From Stegostoma tigrinum (lineage: Eukaryota): a DNA stretch of 64,000 nt. Both the position numbers and the translations under genes were made by a program. The notes beneath the pieces were generated by a model, which saw only the letters and a program-made list of their open reading frames with translations, did no database searches and had not been told where the DNA came from. The first letter of the stretch is position 1, and every line of letters begins with the position of its first letter. This document shows positions 11,093 to 25,417 of this stretch, piece by piece. The stretch covers positions 13,678,035-13,742,034 of the forward strand of contig NC_081369.1 in NCBI RefSeq assembly GCF_030684315.1. Reading direction: 5' to 3'.

Positions 11093-13959
11093 ACACACTT
11101 CCACTGCACCAAATACAAGCAAAAAGTTGGTTCTCCAATCTTAGCTCAATGTGAATTAACGTGGCAATATAACAGCACCTATTTAAATGGTTAATTCAAA
11201 TGATAATATCTTCAATGCATTTTTTTTTCAACTCCGTCTCCTCAAGAATACCAGCTTTATGTTATAAATGGAAGTAATGAACTGATGTTAATGACAGTAA
11301 TCTCATTAGAGTTAGGTAACAATTGTCTGAATGCAGCACTCGGTAAAGGAATTGTGTAGTCTCCACAAATTAAAATCAGAAGCTGAAATTGGATTTGTAA
11401 ATTACAACAAAAATATCAAATTCTCTCGCTGACCCCTCCATTCTCCCAACATCCTTACCTCGAACAGCACAAAGTACTTTAGCAAACAAAGCAAGCACAG
11501 TAATCTCCGATGATCATTTGACAATTTTGCTGTTCTTACTTGATTGTGCAGAATTGGTAGAAAAGTTCTCAGGAAGGGTCACCCGACCTGAAACATTAAA
11601 TCTGCCTTTTCCTTCACAGATGCTGCCAGGCTGCTGAGCTTTTCCAGCAACTTTATTTTTGTTCTCATCACGGCAGTGTTACAATACTTCGGGAAAACAA
11701 ATTGTGGGGGCACACTTGAGAGTTTTCAAACAATAAAAAGAGCCAATGATTATGAGTATCACGGGGGAGTTTGTGCAGAGCCAGTAGAGAAGAATATAAA
11801 GTAAATAATGTCATTAGCTATACAAAACAAGCAAATTCTACATGAAAAGAGCAGGCAGTAAGCAAGTGCTGTTTGGATCAATTCTTTCACAGACCATGCA
11901 CAGTCTACACTAAGCTGTTTGATCTCTCAGAACAAATGAATAGCTAAGCTTAGCTCAGAATGGAACTTAACAAAACATTTTTTCAACTGAACACATTTAT
12001 TTCCACCGTTCCAACCCTGGCGCATTCAACTAAAACCCCTGTTGCCATTATCTTAATACATTGGAATGTGTTCCACGTACTGCTTGCTATATATTCATAG
12101 TGAACCACATATTTACTTGGTTTCAGATAGAATTGTACAAATTGGGAAAATAGCCATTCATGCCTTGTGTCTATGTCAGCCCTTTGAAACAGCTTTTGAA
12201 ATATTTGCACCCTTTTCTTAAATATAGCAACTATTTCTAATAATTATTTTACTTGAACTGTTACCATAGATTTTATTTGTACGCAAAACATTAGTATGTT
12301 TTAACCACCATGCTTTTATTCTGTAGAACTCATTTACTTTCTGCTCAGTTTCCTCCATTCATTAGCCTTGCCTATTTTCTGCTATCAGCTCACTTTGCAA
12401 TGTTGTTGACACAGTTACCATTTATTTCAAGAGCGCTGTCTTCCTTGGAACTGGCTAAAACTATAATTCATGAGTTGCTATACACTTCAGATTATCAGAT
12501 AGTTCCCACTGATACACACAAAACATCAATTCATTATGGGCACTACAATTACAAATGTTTTCTGGTGCAGAGGGTGAGATGGGGCATCTTACTTGTCGGC
12601 ATTGACTGACACGTGGAGAAACAATGACTGCCGAAAAAACGGGATTCTTGGGTAATAGATGCAGCAGCGGTTTTGTGTTTTAAAATTTTAATAATTAAAC
12701 TAGTTTATCCCACAGCGATCCCAGTCAGTTGGAGCAGAAATTATAATAGCACATTTGTATTTTTTTTAATTTCTATCTTCTGATCTGAATATTGAGATTG
12801 TAAATGGTTTTAATCAAATGTTATAACATTCAAAATGAGAGATTAAAGTCAGTGGTTTTGATCATTGTTCAATATGCCCTGTGCAACTGGAGCCTTCATT
12901 GTGTGAATTTTAAAAGATATCTATCTCTGCTTTGTACGTTCTGCAAAATAAAAGGTTTTATTTCTGTGTTACTTCTGGATGGAGTCACAGTTTGTAATTT
13001 TACTTTAGTTTGAATCAAATGGTAGTTAATAAACCTTAGTGCATTAGATTCATTTATTTGCATCTATATCTTCCTTAAAATGAAAATTTATTTCAGCATA
13101 AATATTATAATGATTGGTTCAAAGCTGTTTTTCTAGCCCGACAATATCTTAAAAGAGTCAAGCCTGTTTGGTAATTACAAGATTTCCTGTCCTGCAGGTT
13201 CTCATTTAGAAATTGGCGAAGGAGGGAATGGAACTGTTTACCCCAAAATATATTTTAGGAACAAAATTTGTAAAAGTGCATCACAAAACAATTCCAATTG
13301 AAAATGACAGAATTTGCAATCAAATTCAATTTGATTCAGAAAAATGTGTCCCAGGTATCACAATACAATTGTCATGGTTTTCATATTCACTGTATATTTG
13401 CAATGTCAGGAATCAGCCTGATGTGAAAACATTTCAAATTGATAATTATAGCGCATTAGGATTCAACTATTCCTCTATGAGATGGTTTGATACAATTTCT
13501 ATTCTCTTGAGGTTTACAACGCACATTGGCAGCGCCGCTTAACTGCAGATAGTGGTTTGGCTAGTTTTCACTCCATGTGCTAACAATGAGAAGTGGTGAA
13601 TGTCACTACCTTCTGGTAAAATAGCATTGGCAGTCCCAAAGAACTTCTGTGATGAGATATAACAAAGTCAGGTCAATGTGCAAAGTGCTGTGTCTGGACT
13701 GGAATTGAAAATGGCTTAGTCGCTGAGGGGTTGGTTGAAAAAGAATGCTCAGTGACTGCGCTGCTCGGTGCAAGCCCCAGGCTCTTGGGGAGGTTCAGCT
13801 GTGGCCAGCTGAAGCGGAGATCTGAAACCGTACAATCTTACCACCGACAGCCATGCTATTGCTGAATGGCTGGGCTTGGGGGAAGCTGCAGGCTGGCTGC
13901 ATCTACAATCCCCACCGGAGACATTCCCTTCAAAAATGCTGGCGTTGTCCTTGGGAGCT

Positions 13960-14410
13960 GTGTTTATGACGGGTGTTGCCGGGGTTGGAGGGTGTCAGCT
14001 GTGGGGAGAGGCAGTATAGGCTGGGACTGTTTTCCCTGAAGGCTGAGGGGTGACATTGCAGGGGTTTATAATATCATGAGGAGCATGGATAGAGTAAATA
14101 GACAAGGTCTGTTCTTCGGGGTGGTAGAGGACAGAACTAGAGTGCATAGGTTTAAGGAGAGAGGGAAAAATTAAAAGGGACCTAAGGGGCAACTGTTTTC
14201 ATGCAGAGGATGGTGCACGCATGGAATGAGTTGCCAGACGAAGTGATGGAGGCTGGTACAGTTACAACATGGAGGTGTATATGAATAGGAAGGCTTTAGA
14301 GGGATATGAGCCAAATGTTGGCATTTGGGACGAGATTTATTTAGGACATGTGGTTGGCATGGACAAGTTGGACTGAAGGGTCTGTTTCCGGGCTGTTCGA
14401 ATCCGTGACT
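13960..14410 (+). mobile_element. CR1 3' fragment
   Basis: ggctgaggggtgac...ttggactgaagggtctgtttcc matches the CR1 3' end. Confidence 0.75.
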
Positions 14411-17400
14411 CTGACTGGGTTTCTGGTGTGTGACTGTTTTTGTTTTACAGTGAGGCAGATATACAAACACAAACATTCATTATTGCGGCGCAGGATCAGA
14501 GTAGGACACGCAAGGCTTGACTTAAATGTATAAGAAAAAGCTTCAGGGAAATTGCTCCATAATATTTATTGTTAATAAATAGGGATGGTATATATTCCTA
14601 TAAATAGATTGGGTTATTTCTATTAAATTGCGTTCAAATACATTCCTAATAAATTGAGATAATTGATATTCCTAATAAATAAAGATAATTGATATTGCTT
14701 AGAGTGGGACAATAAGCAGATAGATCTCTCACTCATTCAGCTACAGGCCCGCGTGTGGAGATACTCTTCTAATTGCTTTGAGAATGGCAATGAGATAACT
14801 CGCTCATGTCAAGCCCTTATCGGGCCCTGCACCCCTCTCAGTTGAAGCTGCATACCGTGCCATATTCCTTGCAGGCTTATTTTCTCTCCTAAACAGTGTT
14901 TGGAACAGTTTCTTGTCCGGTCACGTCACAGTCGTAAATTCAAACAGGCCCAGAGAGCTAGTGAGAGCCGATCAGCCGCTTTAAAAACAAAATAACCACA
15001 GCTCTCATAAAAGTATTAACATCTGAAATTTGTGAAGGAACGTGGTTAAATCGAGAGTGCCAGTGGAGTAACAGGGGTCTGTTGGAGCTGCGGCCTGAAA
15101 CGTTATCTCTGAGCCTCACCATCTCTCTGTGCCCAGACCTGGAGCATTCTGTTTCAGTCTCATTCGCAGCTGCAGGAATCCTAACACCCTTTAACTTGAA
15201 CTCACATTCATCCAAACCCCATCCTTGCTTTAATTCTAAACCAAGTGTAGTGTCACGAATGGTCAAACAAAAGCAGTTAACAGACCAACACCAAGGCGCA
15301 GAGATAATAGGAACTGCAGATGCTGGAGAATCCGAGATAACAAGGTGTGGAGCTGGATGAACGCAGCAAGCCAAGCAGCATCAGAGGAGCAGGAAAGTGC
15401 ATCTGCCATGAATCACAAAACAGCGAGCTGAAGCAACAAAACGAGCTTTCACAAAGCTCACAACAACAAAAACAGCAAGCAGTTGCTATAAAAGTTCAGC
15501 AGGTCTGGCAGCATCTATGAAGGGAAAAAGGAAGCAGAGTTAACTTTTCGGGTCCGAATCGTTAACTCTTGTTTTTTTTCCCTTTTCCTTCACAGATGCT
15601 GCCAGGCCTGCTGAGCTTTCCCCAGCAACTTCTGTTTTTGTTCCTGATTCACGGCATCCGCACTTCTTCCTGTTTTTATTCGGCCTTCACAAAGTTGTCC
15701 CTTCCCAGAAATAACATGGAGGAAATCAAGTCTCAAAAAAGTACCAGTGATAATAGGAACTGCAGATGCTGGAGAATCCGAGATAATAAAATGTGGAACT
15801 GGATGAACACAGCAGGCCAAGCAGCATCTTGCTCCACACTTTGTTATCTCAAAAAAAAGATTATTTTATTTGGCTGATGTTCAAAAAGAAATCAACGGCT
15901 GATTTGATCGAGTGGAAAGTTAACTCACACCCACATGATTGACAAGTTTCTATCACTCATCCCAGTTGAGGCGATCATACCCTCCGTTGAGTTTCGATGT
16001 CGACGAGTTAGTTAGTGCCTCTCCAGTGGGTGAAATACCTCAGAGTCTCGTTCCACTTCCTGATTTTCCCAGTAAAACCACAACAGACAATACTGGAAAC
16101 ACTTAGAGATAATGGGAACTGCAGATGCTGGAGAATTCCAAGATAATAAAATGTGAGGCTGGATGAACACAGCAGGCCAAGCAGCATCTCAGGAGCACAA
16201 AAGCTGACGTTTCGGGCCTAGACCCTTCTGGCGAGAGACCCCAATAAATACTCCGTACTATTATTGAGGTAAACACCTTCAGATTTCATCCCTTTTCGCG
16301 TTACTTGTTGCGATCTCAGTCACCACGCCCTGCCTTGCCTTCACTCTCTCGACACTATGGGACCATCTGTTCTTTCCAGTTATTTAGACACATCATTGTT
16401 CTGCCATTCCAGCGCCATCAGCACCTTTTCTCCCCCAGCACTCCGCACCCCACCGCCGCTACAGCAGAAATGCTGCCCTTCCCCACACTTCACCTCAGCT
16501 CTGATGAAGAGTCATCTCAAAGCGAAACGTTAGTTTGCTCTCTCTCCATAGAAGGTGCCCGAACCGCTGTGATCTCCAGCAATTTTATTTGACTAAGAGT
16601 CTGAATTTTGTACCAGTGTTTTGCTCCTAAATCGTACACCAACCTGACTTGGAAACATTCTCGCATTAATATCGTTCTGATGAAGAGCCTCAAAACCTTA
16701 ACTCTGCTTTCTCTCCAAGATGTTGCCAGACCTGCAGAGTTTCTGCTTTTGTGGAAATTTACTGCCGATCCTGCAGCGTAAACTCTTTTCCCCAACCTGC
16801 CCGGCACAAACTGCTGATCTAAAAGGCGAAAGGGCGTTTGGGGATACTGCGAACGTCCCCCACATCCCGTGAACAAATAATAAAACCTGGTGTCCACCCA
16901 TATCACGAGAGAATTACCTCCACAGTGGGCTACTTAAGGATATCAAAACAACACAATTTGCTGCACGGAAAATGGGTTCAAAACACATTGGCTGAGCTCA
17001 TTGCTCAGAATATACCATCTTGTGGTTCTTGGGCAGGCCGTTCTCTGATACGACATTGAACATACATTCGTGGAGATTGCAAGCTGTCAACCTTCAGTGT
17101 AGTTATCTGTCCCACGATGCGGTCAGGATTTCAGACTGAGATATTTCGAAACGTCAGCCTTCCTGCTCCTCTGATGCTGTTTGGCCTGCTGTGTTCATCC
17201 AGCTCTACACCTTGTTATCTCAGAGTTTGCAAGAGCGAGCCCAATGCCTGGGTTTGAAATGAATGAATCTGAATTGCCTCCTGCTGGTAAATGATTGTAA
17301 CTTCGCACGTGATACCTCTGCGATGTCAACCATCATAAAACCAAACTCTATTCCAGACAGCGAGGAGTGATAAACAGTGAGGTCAGGGATCTATGAAGAT

Positions 17401-17475
17401 CCCACTCTCCCGTAAACTGATCACCTGATTCCGTCCCACTCCAACATTGTGTTGGACATCAGGAAGTGACAGAGA

Positions 17476-18117
17476 TAGTAGGAACAGCAGATGCTGGAGA
17501 ATCTAACACAACAAGGCGTAGCGCTGGATGAACACAGCAGGCCAAGCAGCATCAGAGGAGCAGGAAGCGTTCCTCTTGTTACAGGCACTTGCTTTCTGTT
17601 TAAATGAAGCTTTCATATTTTTGTTGATACAGTACACGCATGTGTGAAAATTAAGCTTAACTTTATGCTCTGTAAGTGAAAGTCTGTTTTGACTGTTACA
17701 ATGGTTGCAAAATTCAATCCTATCTAGGAACTAAGGTGGGACTTGTTGAGGGGTTTTGATAAATCGTGCAAAACAGCTCTAAGGAAACTGAACGGCAGCT
17801 GAAGAGTTGCAGCCAGTTTCAGTTAGTAAAGCAGTGGGAGAGAAAGAGAGAGATTCAGAGTGAAAAGCAGGCTTCATGTTGGAATGCAAGATAATCTTGG
17901 ATTCTCCAGCATCTGCAGTTCCCATTATCACTCATTCACGTTGGAATAACAAGGTGCAGAGCTGGACGAACACAGCAGGCCCAGCAGTATCAGAGGAGCA
18001 GGAAAGCTGCCGCTTTAGGCCTAGACACTTCTTCTGTCTAGGCCCGACACATCAATCTTCCAGCTCTTCTGATGCTGCTTGGCCTGCTGTGTTCATCCAG
18101 CTCCATGCCTTGTTATC
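17476..18117. mobile_element. Composite Penelope-pLTR fold-back with nested inserts
   Basis: Flanking direct repeat tcaggaagtgacagaga (~17459 and ~18118). A second internal pLTR piece is flanked by ttca(t/c)gttggaat. Confidence 0.65.
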
Positions 18118-18184
18118 TCAGGAAGTGACAGAGACCTGCCATTGGAAAGTCCCGAAAAGAGGGAACAATGCAGGAAGAATTTGA

Positions 18185-19115
18185 AGACGAGGTTGTTGAC
18201 ATAATTGCCGAGCTGGCTTATTTTCATCACCATGCTAGGTAACAGCATCAGTGGAACCTTCGATGAAGCGATGTTCTAATCCGCTTGGAATTTATACTGT
18301 TTGGTCCATTATGGTGAGTTCTGTCATTTCTGGTTTTGTTCTGTACGGGTTGGTATATGGGGTCCAATTCTACATGTTTTTTGATAGCATTATGGGTTGG
18401 TACCTATGCCTCTCGGAATTCCTGTGTATGTCTATGTTTGGCTGGGGCGTCTGTGGTCCCATTTAAATTGATGTCCTTTATTGTCTGAGTGTATTGATAT
18501 TAAGAAAAGTTCATTGTGTCGTTTTGCTACTAGCTGATGTTCGTGTATTCTGAAGGCTAGTTTCCTTCCTGTCTGTCTGATGTAATGTTTGTGGCAGTCA
18601 TTACATGCTATTTTGTAAAACATATTCGTTCTGCATGTTGTGGGAATGGGGTCTTTAATCCTTGTAAGTGTTTGTCGTAGAGTGGCTATGGGCTTGTGTG
18701 CTGCCAAGATTCCTAGTGGTCTTAGGAATCTCGTTGTGAATTCTGATACTTTCTTGATGTAGGGCAGTGTGGCCAGTGTCTTAGGGTGTACTGTGTCCTC
18801 TTGTTGTTGCCTATTTAGTCAGCCCCCATGGATGAAGTTGCAGGATATCCATTCATAGTTCATAGGTCAACAAACATGTGGAATTGGACCCCATATACAA
18901 ACTCATACAGAAAAAAACCAGCAATAACACAACTCACCATAATGGACGAGACAGTTTGAATTCCAAGTGGAGCAGAACAACATCACTTCATCAGTGGCCT
19001 CACTGCGGATGTCACGTAGCATGGCGATGAAACATACGAATGAAAACAAGCCAACTCAGCAAGTAAGTCAACAGCCTCACCCACAACCCGAGCTGCAGAT
19101 CCTTCCGAAAACCTT
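18185..19115. mobile_element. Degenerate Penelope-like element (second family), inverted structure
   Basis: ORF 18432-18707 (-) YKIACNDCHKHYIRQTGRKLAFRIHEH is a GIY-YIG motif. Segment ~18860-19110 is an inverted copy of ~18190-18400. Confidence 0.8.
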
Positions 19116-19730
19116 AAAGAATTAGAAGATATTCCACAGACTTATTTTCAAATCTTTTTAACAAACTCTAAGATTTACCTTCTACAAAATATGCCTGCTT
19201 GCTGGGAAAATATTATGAATCACAAGATATCCTCACAAAGTCGTCATTCTAATTGTATGAGCCATGACCATTGCTGTTGGGAGGCAATTCTACTAAGGAT
19301 GGCATCATAACTAAACCAATTACCGTTATACTCAACACCATCTTATTGTTTGTGTTTGAAATACTAGAAATATTCTTAGCTTTAGGGTCATTAGCTCCTC
19401 CCAGAAGTGGCTCTGGTGTTTCCTCCTGTGGATTTCATCCTGTTTATTAAGTAGGTAAATAATAAGAAGAGTCAAGCATCAGGGAAAGAAACATATTTAT
19501 CCTTTTCTCAAAAATAAAACTAAAGCTGTGGTTCTCTCAGATCAGTAGGCAACTTTATTTTGCTTGGACAGGTGAAGGGACAGTAAGCCAAATAAAACGG
19601 TAAATTATTCATGAAGTATAGAAACCAATTATTCTCTGTCTTAAAAAAGCAGATTAAAATGAAAAGGCCATTTCCCACATTAAGGCAAACGGGCTTCCTT
19701 GTCTACTGTAAAAATTCTGTGATTGAGAAA

Positions 19731-19937
19731 GAGATAGCAGGAACTGCAGATGCTGGAGAATCTGACATAACAAGGTGTAGAGCTGGATGAACACAGCAGG
19801 CCAAGCAGCATCAGAAAGCTGACGTTTTGGGTCTGGACCCTTTTCTGAAGAAGGGTCATGACCAGAAATGTCAGCTTTCCCACTCCACTGGTGCTGCTTG
19901 GTCTGCTGTGTTCATCCAGCTCTACACCTTGTTATCT
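19731..19937. mobile_element. Short Penelope-pLTR fold-back insertion
   Basis: Flanking direct repeat tctgtgattgagaaaga (19716 and 19935); hammerhead-like ctgaagaagggtcatgaccagaaatgtc. Confidence 0.85.
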
Positions 19938-22711
19938 GTGATTGAGAAAGATGCCCAGACCTTGAACTGAATAAGGTCTTCTCTTGGCTGGGACAGAAGT
20001 TATACACACACGTATGTATAAAATATTGGCTGTATGTTTAAACTAACTGTGAAGTCTTAATTTCCAGGTTGGTTATTTTGAATTTTACAGTCAAAAACTG
20101 CATCTTCCATAATTACAATAGATCAACAGCCATCCACAGAAAGCAGCTTTATCAAAAAGGACTAAAGCCATGCTTAAACAATGATTAAATTATGTGTGAT
20201 GGAACATGATGACTGATGGATTATTGGAAGCTCCTTGGACATGACCATAGAAACATTTAAACAGTTAAAACCTCTGCAGCCAGACTGAGCTGTTAACAAG
20301 TCTGAATTAAGACCATGTTTACTGTCTAATGGTAAAAAAATTTACATCAAAACTTTAACAAAGAAAAAGCTTTATTATCACTGCAGCCTCTACATCACCA
20401 TTCCACCACGGCTTACTGGAAGTTGGATGGAAATTCCAAACAGGAATGGTAATTTACTTCCCCTTTCCCTGTTCCCATCATTGAGGCTAGAATAACTCGC
20501 TACAGACATAGAATATAGAACATAGAACAGTACAGTACAGAACAGGCCCTTCAGCCCACGATGTTGTGCCGACCATTGATCCTCATGTATGCACCCTCAA
20601 ATTTCTGTGACCATATGCATGTCCAGCAGTCTCTTAAATGTCCCCAATGACCTTGCATCCACAACTGCTGCTGGCAACGCATTCCATGCTCTCACAACTC
20701 TCTGTGTAAGGAAAATGTATCCTGTGTGGGGACTTTCCATTCTGTGTTGTTCTCTGGCTTCTGTTTGAGTTTTCTGTTCAGAGGAAATCCTTTACTGATT
20801 ATCTACTGACCCACAGCAAGGTACTGTGATGTTTACTGCAGGAAGGGTGAAGAAATCTATCCCCGTTACTTCAGTGATTAAAAAAAAATTCCATGAGTGT
20901 TCAAGGAATTGACCGAACAAGTTTAAAATAACTTAATGTCTCAAGTACTTTACCCCTCCCCTTTATCTCACAATTTCCTAGGCTAGATCTTTAGCTGACT
21001 GATGTTGTATTGCAATGTTCAAAAAACATTCGGAAGAATGGTTAGTGAAAGTCATGGAGATTGAAATAAGATGACTGATCGACAAATGAGAAACAGCAGG
21101 GTGTCATCATTCTGACTCACCAATATAACCTTTCAGCTTGCTCACATTAGTAAAATGTTGCTGATTTCAAATTAGGTGGTTGTCTCGGAAATTGAGAAAC
21201 TTTGAGGAAATGTATTTCATTTCGAGAGCTATGTTTACACTGGGCAGCTTCATACCAGGGCATGGTACTCTTTGGACTAAATGCAGGTAAATGGGATTAG
21301 TGATGGTGGTGTTTGTTGGTCATCACAGACATGCTGGGCTGAAAGGCCTGTTTCTATGCTGTATGACTCCATAGCACTAGGCACAGAGAGGTAACACCAA
21401 TGAATGGCAATGACAGTGAATGGGTACAACTTCCAAATTCAGTTCAATAACTCATAAGATGCTGCAACAGATTTGGGATTATAATCCGTTTACAGGGGAA
21501 TTGTACCATAATGGCATGGATGAGTTTAGAAGGACAGGTTTGAAGATGTCAGAGTCTAGGATTTAGATGAATTGGTGGAGGAATGTTTTGAGTAGTAGTA
21601 AGACATTCAGTTTAAGGGGCCATCTGTTGTAGCACTGTGTTCTGCATTCAACCTGTACTGAGTTGAGTCAGACTGCTCTGGTCACTATTGTAGGAGTGTT
21701 TGAGATGTTGAAGCATTTAGATGGAGTACATGAAGAGAATCTGTTTTCCATGACTGGAAAGGATCAGTGAACAGAGGGCACAGATTTAACGTGCTTGGAG
21801 AAAAAACAGGAATGACAAGACAGCAATCGATTTTACTCAATGCCTGGCTGAGTTTTGAAATTAATGATCTGATGGAGAGGGGTTTATGCCTTCAAGGGGA
21901 ATTGGGATAAATCGAATTATGCACAAGAAGGTCAACAGGTAGGGACAAACAGATTGAGCAAGAAATCACACCATAGGTCCTTCATTTAATCTGGAAAATG
22001 CATCGATCTGCACTGAACAGTCATCTTAATACGGGTAAAAATGATAGAGATATAGCAGGAACTGTTTCCCTCATTTGTGACTCCTGAAGATATGAGTATC
22101 ATGATAACGGGGCAGAACCCCAAATTACTTCTACATTGTAATTCCAACATGTGATTTTTAAAAGAGAGCTGATAAAACCGAACATGAATGTAACTTAAAT
22201 GGCTGCCTGGGAAGAAAGAGACCCATGAGATTTCACATGTACAGATGCAAAGGGAAATTGAAACTATATCCATCAACAGGAATGGAGCTTCAAGCAGAGC
22301 AGACCGGACTTCCATGTTTTGTGACTATAAAGGTAATGAGGAGCTGACAATGAAGAGGTTGTTCACCAGCAAGCAAGCCCATCTTCTTCCTTTTTATGAC
22401 AACTGTTCATTGGGCAGCTGCTGGGCATCTGCAGTGAAAAACAGGGCAAGGGTCTGGGGAGAGCATTTTTAAAAAATCTGCCAGTAGGAGGCAGGAGTAC
22501 AGTTAGTACAGTCACATTGAATGAAGTTTCCATTTCGTATCAGCGGGATGTTGATCAGGATCTCACACAACACTAAAGTTTAGGAAATTACACATGAGGT
22601 TTCAGACTGTTGGCTTCTCTGATACTGTAAATGTAAATTTTCTGCCTGACTGCACCTTTCCTGCTCCCTGGGAAAACTCCGCATAGGCCAGGTGGCTTAG
22701 GAAAGTCATCC

Positions 22712-23149
22712 TCATCCCATGAAGCTCTTTATCTTGTTGTCCTTTATACCAGTCAGCTTTTGCCTTTTAGCTATACAACAATTTGTATTGCATTCTTCAA
22801 AGCCGAGGCAACGGTAACAAAACTGATGGTGGCAATTGGGACATAACACATCTGGGCAGCCACTCAGACAGTGTTGTGTTAATGTCTCACATTTGGGGCA
22901 GGCCCGCACTTTGGGGCACCCGTACACTTCACTACGTTTCTGCTTGATCGTGCCACAGCTCAGAAGCAGAGCGGTCAGGCTGCAGGATTTATTACCACAG
23001 CTATCACTCTGTCCGTCAGCATTCTTCCACTCCCTCAGACACTCCCAGCAAAACTGAAAGGATTTGTCCGATTTCTCGGAGCAAGGCAGACACTGAACAG
23101 ACAGCATCTCCGGATCCATCCTCTGCACGTACAGACTGCAGCTTGGACA
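22712..23149 (-). CDS. Atypical RBR E3 ligase-like gene, last exon (IBR + RING2/Rcat)
   Basis: Acceptor ttttgttcctcag|TGT. Encodes CPSC..CLPC..FCWEC..W..C..C (IBR), then RACPKC..SGCPDVLCPNCHHQFCYRC (RING2). Stop at 22712; total spliced ORF is 244 aa. Confidence 0.92.
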   Translation of the reverse strand, partial: CPSCSLYVQRMDPEMLSVQCLPCSEKSDKSFQFCWECLREWKNADGQSDSCGNKSCSLTALLLSCGTIKQKRSEVYGCPKVRACPKCETLTQHCLSGCPDVLCPNCHHQFCYRCLGFEECNTNCCIAKRQKLTGIKDNKIKSFMG

Positions 23150-24756
23150 CTGAGGAACAAAAGGAGAATTTGTGACATAAATGTCTATATTTATAGTAGG
23201 AATGTAAATCATAGGAATATGACATTAGACATAAAAATAGAGAATGCTATCATTGACATTTTCTCTTGTTATTCCACATTAGCCCATTGATCTAGTCTCT
23301 GATTTTGCAATGATTGGTTGCAGATAGCTCTGCCAATCTGTTAATTGTTCATAACATCATTAAAACAGGAGCTGCCTCTTCAGCCATTATAGTTGCTCCA
23401 ACATTCAATTAGATCATGACTGATCTATATCTCAACTTCATTAATCCCATAACCTCTAGAAATGTTTATTAATGAAATTTGATCAATCTCAGTCTTAAAC
23501 ACCCCAACATGCATGGTGTTTTGAAAGAGAATGGAAGCAAATGCTCTGAATTTCTATTCAGATCAAAAGTGTGACATTCTTTAGCACTTCCTGAAACTCT
23601 TCTGTTTAAAAGTCAGTATGTTTCATATTGAACTCCTTTGACATATTGTCATTGTTTACTTGATGTTTGCAAACCTGGCCATAATTCAAATATGCTTTAT
23701 TCGTTCTGTTACTCAGCTGCCTCTCTTTTTACCTCTGAACATTCTATCAGTTTAGTAATTGCTGACAAATTCCATATACACAACTGTTGCTGGCTTTATG
23801 CAAATTATCATGGATGGATCTAAATCATTTAACTTCAGCATCCTGGTAATTTAAAACCTGTGTGAGCACATATTTATAAGAAAAGAGAAGACCAGTAAAT
23901 GGACGTTTATGGAATTTGGTCACAAGTGTCACACAATGAACTCCTTATCTTATTGACTCAGTCTCTCTGACTACTGTGCTCAGCTTTTGCATTGGGAGCT
24001 ATTTAACTTACACACTGCTCATAGCTCATTGTCCTTTCTTGTTTGATGTGACTGGCCAATGAGAGGGCCTGGCCATGAGTGATTCCCACTGAATATGACC
24101 AGTTTACTCTAAGTGAGTAAATCACTCTAAGTGATTCAGAGAAAACCCGAATAGAATTTTGAGAATGAAATGTGGATCCAATAAGACCACAAAACAGTGG
24201 GGCAGAACAGGCCATTTTGCCTGCTGAGTCTGCACTTCCATTCAATGAGATCATTGGCCGATTTAATGATCTTCAACTCCACTTTCCTGCCTTTTCTTCA
24301 GAACTCCTCATTCCTTTATGATTACAAACCTGACTATTTTATCCTTGAAGATAGACCTGTTTCCATGCTGTGTTACTCTTTCGGCTCAAACTGGTCCATA
24401 TGCCCACTCAGCTAGTTCCACTTGCCTGCATTTGGTCTATATCTTCTAAACCCTTCCTATCCATGTGCCTATCCAAATGTTTTTTTAAATGTTGCTATTG
24501 TACCTGCCTCAACCACTTCTTCTGACAGCCCTTTCTATACACGCACAACTCTCTGCATGAAGAAGTTGCCCCTCAAGTCCTTCTTAATCTTTCCCCTCAG
24601 CAAGAATAGAGGAGCTGAATATTATTTAAATGGAGAATGACTGCAGGAGTACAGAACAGAACAGCCAGTTCTGATGAAGGATCCCAACTGGGAACATCAA
24701 CTTTCCTGCTCATCTGATGCTTCCTGGCCTGCTGTATTCCTCTGGCTCCAGCATCT

Positions 24757-25075
24757 ACAGCCTCACATCAATGGTAGGTAGGTTAATGGAGAGGATACTG
24801 AGGGACAGGATCAACCAACATTTGGATAATCAAGGTCTGATTCGTGATAGTCAGCATGGATCTGTGCATGGGAAGTCATGTCTGACAAATCTTTTAGAGT
24901 TTTTTGAAGAGGTAACCAGTAGGATGCATGAGGGTAAGGAAGTGGATGTTGTATATATGGATTTTAGTAAGGCCTTTGATAAGGTCCCGCATGGCAGGCT
25001 AGTCATGAAAGTTAGCCGCATGAGTTCCAAGGAGCGCTAGCTAATTGGATTCAAAATTGGCTCGATGGTAAGAAG
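24757..25075 (+). mobile_element. CR1 RT fragment
   Basis: SLTSMVGRLMERILRD...DVVYMDFSKAFDKVPH. Confidence 0.85.
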
Positions 25076-25267
25076 CCGGTGTAACGTAGGCTGTAAGCCA
25101 AAGCATTTCACAAGCTGGCTCAGTTAACTTCAACAAGCAAGCCAAAAGACATCAGCATTTTGACTCAAATGTTTGTTAATGCACTCGGTTTGATTACAAA
25201 GAAATCACTCAGTTCTAGATCACTTATGAGAAAAAGCACAAATCAAAACCCAACACCCTCAGGTTAC

Positions 25268-25417
25268 CTTTTTGTACGACTTTGCTTTGGGTTTCATTAT
25301 GCTGTGGAGCTGTGCCTCATACGACCTGCATTCCTCCTGCGTCAACTGTGCAATTTTCCGCACTTCCTGCCAGGGCCACTCCTGTGCACACTTGGGGCAA
25401 TTAAACGTGAAACCACC
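25268..25417 (-). CDS. Atypical RBR E3 ligase-like gene, exon 3 (end of RING1 and linker)
   Basis: Acceptor ttgtcttgtag|, donor AAG|GTAACC, 150 nt, phase 0/0. Encodes GGFTFNCPKCAQEWPWQEVRKIAQLTQEECRSYEAQLHSIMKPKAKSYKK. Confidence 0.88.

Noticed and set aside
16921-16960. CACAGTG heptamers (also ~7963, 33574, 39532) as possible RSS
   Set aside because: No convincing ACAAAAACC nonamer at 12/23 spacing and no adjacent V/D/J segment.
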